Shown here: positions 62,970 to 64,000 of the stretch, piece after piece
Numbering within the stretch: position 1 is the first letter of the stretch
How the letters are laid out: every line of letters begins with the position of its first letter
Assembly (NCBI GenBank): GCA_010093705.1
Contig: MU006096.1
Location: 890,004 to 954,003 of the forward strand
Reading direction: 5' to 3'
Origin: Patellaria atrata CBS 101060
Taxonomy: Eukaryota
Length of the DNA: 64,000 nucleotides
Translations under genes and position numbers: made by a program
Notes under the pieces: model-generated
Seen by the model: only the letters and a program-made list of their open reading frames with translations
The model's database searches: none
Told to the model about the DNA's origin: nothing

Positions 62970-64000
62970 ATGACAGAAGCAGAGCTTGCAGCGACATTCA
63001 TTCCATCACTATATAAACCCCCTTCTCTGCTTCCAATTGCTCGTCATAAAGATGCTCTTCTTTACCTCATTGAAACGTTTCCAGTCGTCATAGTAGTTGG
63101 TCAAACAGGTAGTGGTAAGACCACACAGATTCCTCAGTACTTAGAACAAGCTGGATGGTGTTCAGAGGGAAAGACTATCGCAGTCACTCAGGTATGGATG
63201 GGTACCATTATTCAAATTAATCTTGATACTGATATCTTATTAGCCGCGGCGCGTTGCTGCAACCACTGTGGCTGCTAGAGTGGCGGAAGAAATGAGATGC
63301 AAACTAGGACAAGAGGTATAGACGAAATGGATTAAGTTCCATATTTCCTAGTCTAATACCGCGTAGGTTGGCTACTCTATTAGATTTGAGGATGTTACTT
63401 CCTCAGTAACCCGTATCAAGTTCCTCACTGACGGGCTTCTTCTAAGAGAAGCTTTGGTTGACCCTCTACTCTCTCGTTATTCTATTGTCATGGTGGATGA
63501 AGCTCATGAGCGCTCTTTAAGCTCCGATATCCTCCTAGGATTGTTGAAGAAGATACGAAAGAAGAGATCTGATCTGAGGATCATTGTCAGTAGTGCTACG
63601 TTACAAGCCGAAGATTTTCTCCGGTTCTTCGCTGGTGATGAAACGGTAAGCAGAGACGGATCCTTGGAGCTCGGTGGGAGTATCGGTAGGATCATTAGTC
63701 TTCAGGGACGAATGTACCCGGTGGACATCCACTACCTTGAGAATCCGGCTGAGAATTATATCGAATGCACTGTTAAAACGGTCTTTGACATCCACCTGAA
63801 AGAGCCCGAGGGTGATATCTTGATATTCCTCCCCGGTCGAGACGATATCAAAAAAACCATCGAAATGATTTCTGATAGGGCTAATGACCTTAATCCTGCT
63901 GGACCAAGATTACAACCACTGCCCCTATATGCTGGTCTTACTACCGATCAGCAAATGTACGTATTTGAACCAGCAGCAGAAAACACGCGGAAATGTATTG
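62970..64000 (+). CDS. DEAH-box ATP-dependent RNA helicase, DHX35-like (5' part; truncated by window end)
   Basis: LLPIARHK...GQTGSGKTTQIPQYL, TQ/PRRVAA, VGYSIRFED, FLTDGLLLRE, VDEAHERS, SSAT and GDILIFLPG. Confidence 0.92.

Overview
Gene-dense genomic DNA from a filamentous ascomycete (Pezizomycotina-like). Introns are short GT-AG spliceosomal introns with CTAAC/CTGAC branch points, and there is one 100-N assembly gap inside a coding (GAAAAG)n repeat. About 32 protein-coding loci can be read. Most are housekeeping genes: POP5, gephyrin/CnxE, VMA16, TOA2, TMEM42-like, PTR2, EMP24, GH13 alpha-glucosidase, an atypical hexokinase, GILT, NECAP, MDV1, ARO7, RNase H2C, DUF4385, ADH1, CUE5, agmatinase, a cytochrome b5-like protein, NOP4 and a partial DHX35-like helicase. 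No rRNA, CRISPR array, intact tRNA or intact transposon was recognised. Four observations stand out. (1) A Ser/Thr kinase is spliced in frame to an Lrg1-like LIM region that lacks the RhoGAP domain. (2) A fructosamine-kinase locus looks open but hides two compensating frameshifts and an apparently lost start codon. (3) A degenerate class-II tRNA-like/Pol III element sits in the first agmatinase intron. (4) A multi-stem candidate ncRNA beside NOP4 carries an snR30-m1-like motif and H/ACA-like geometry. Family assignments come from motif recognition by eye, not database searches. Coordinates of multi-exon genes are outer limits (start codon to stop codon).
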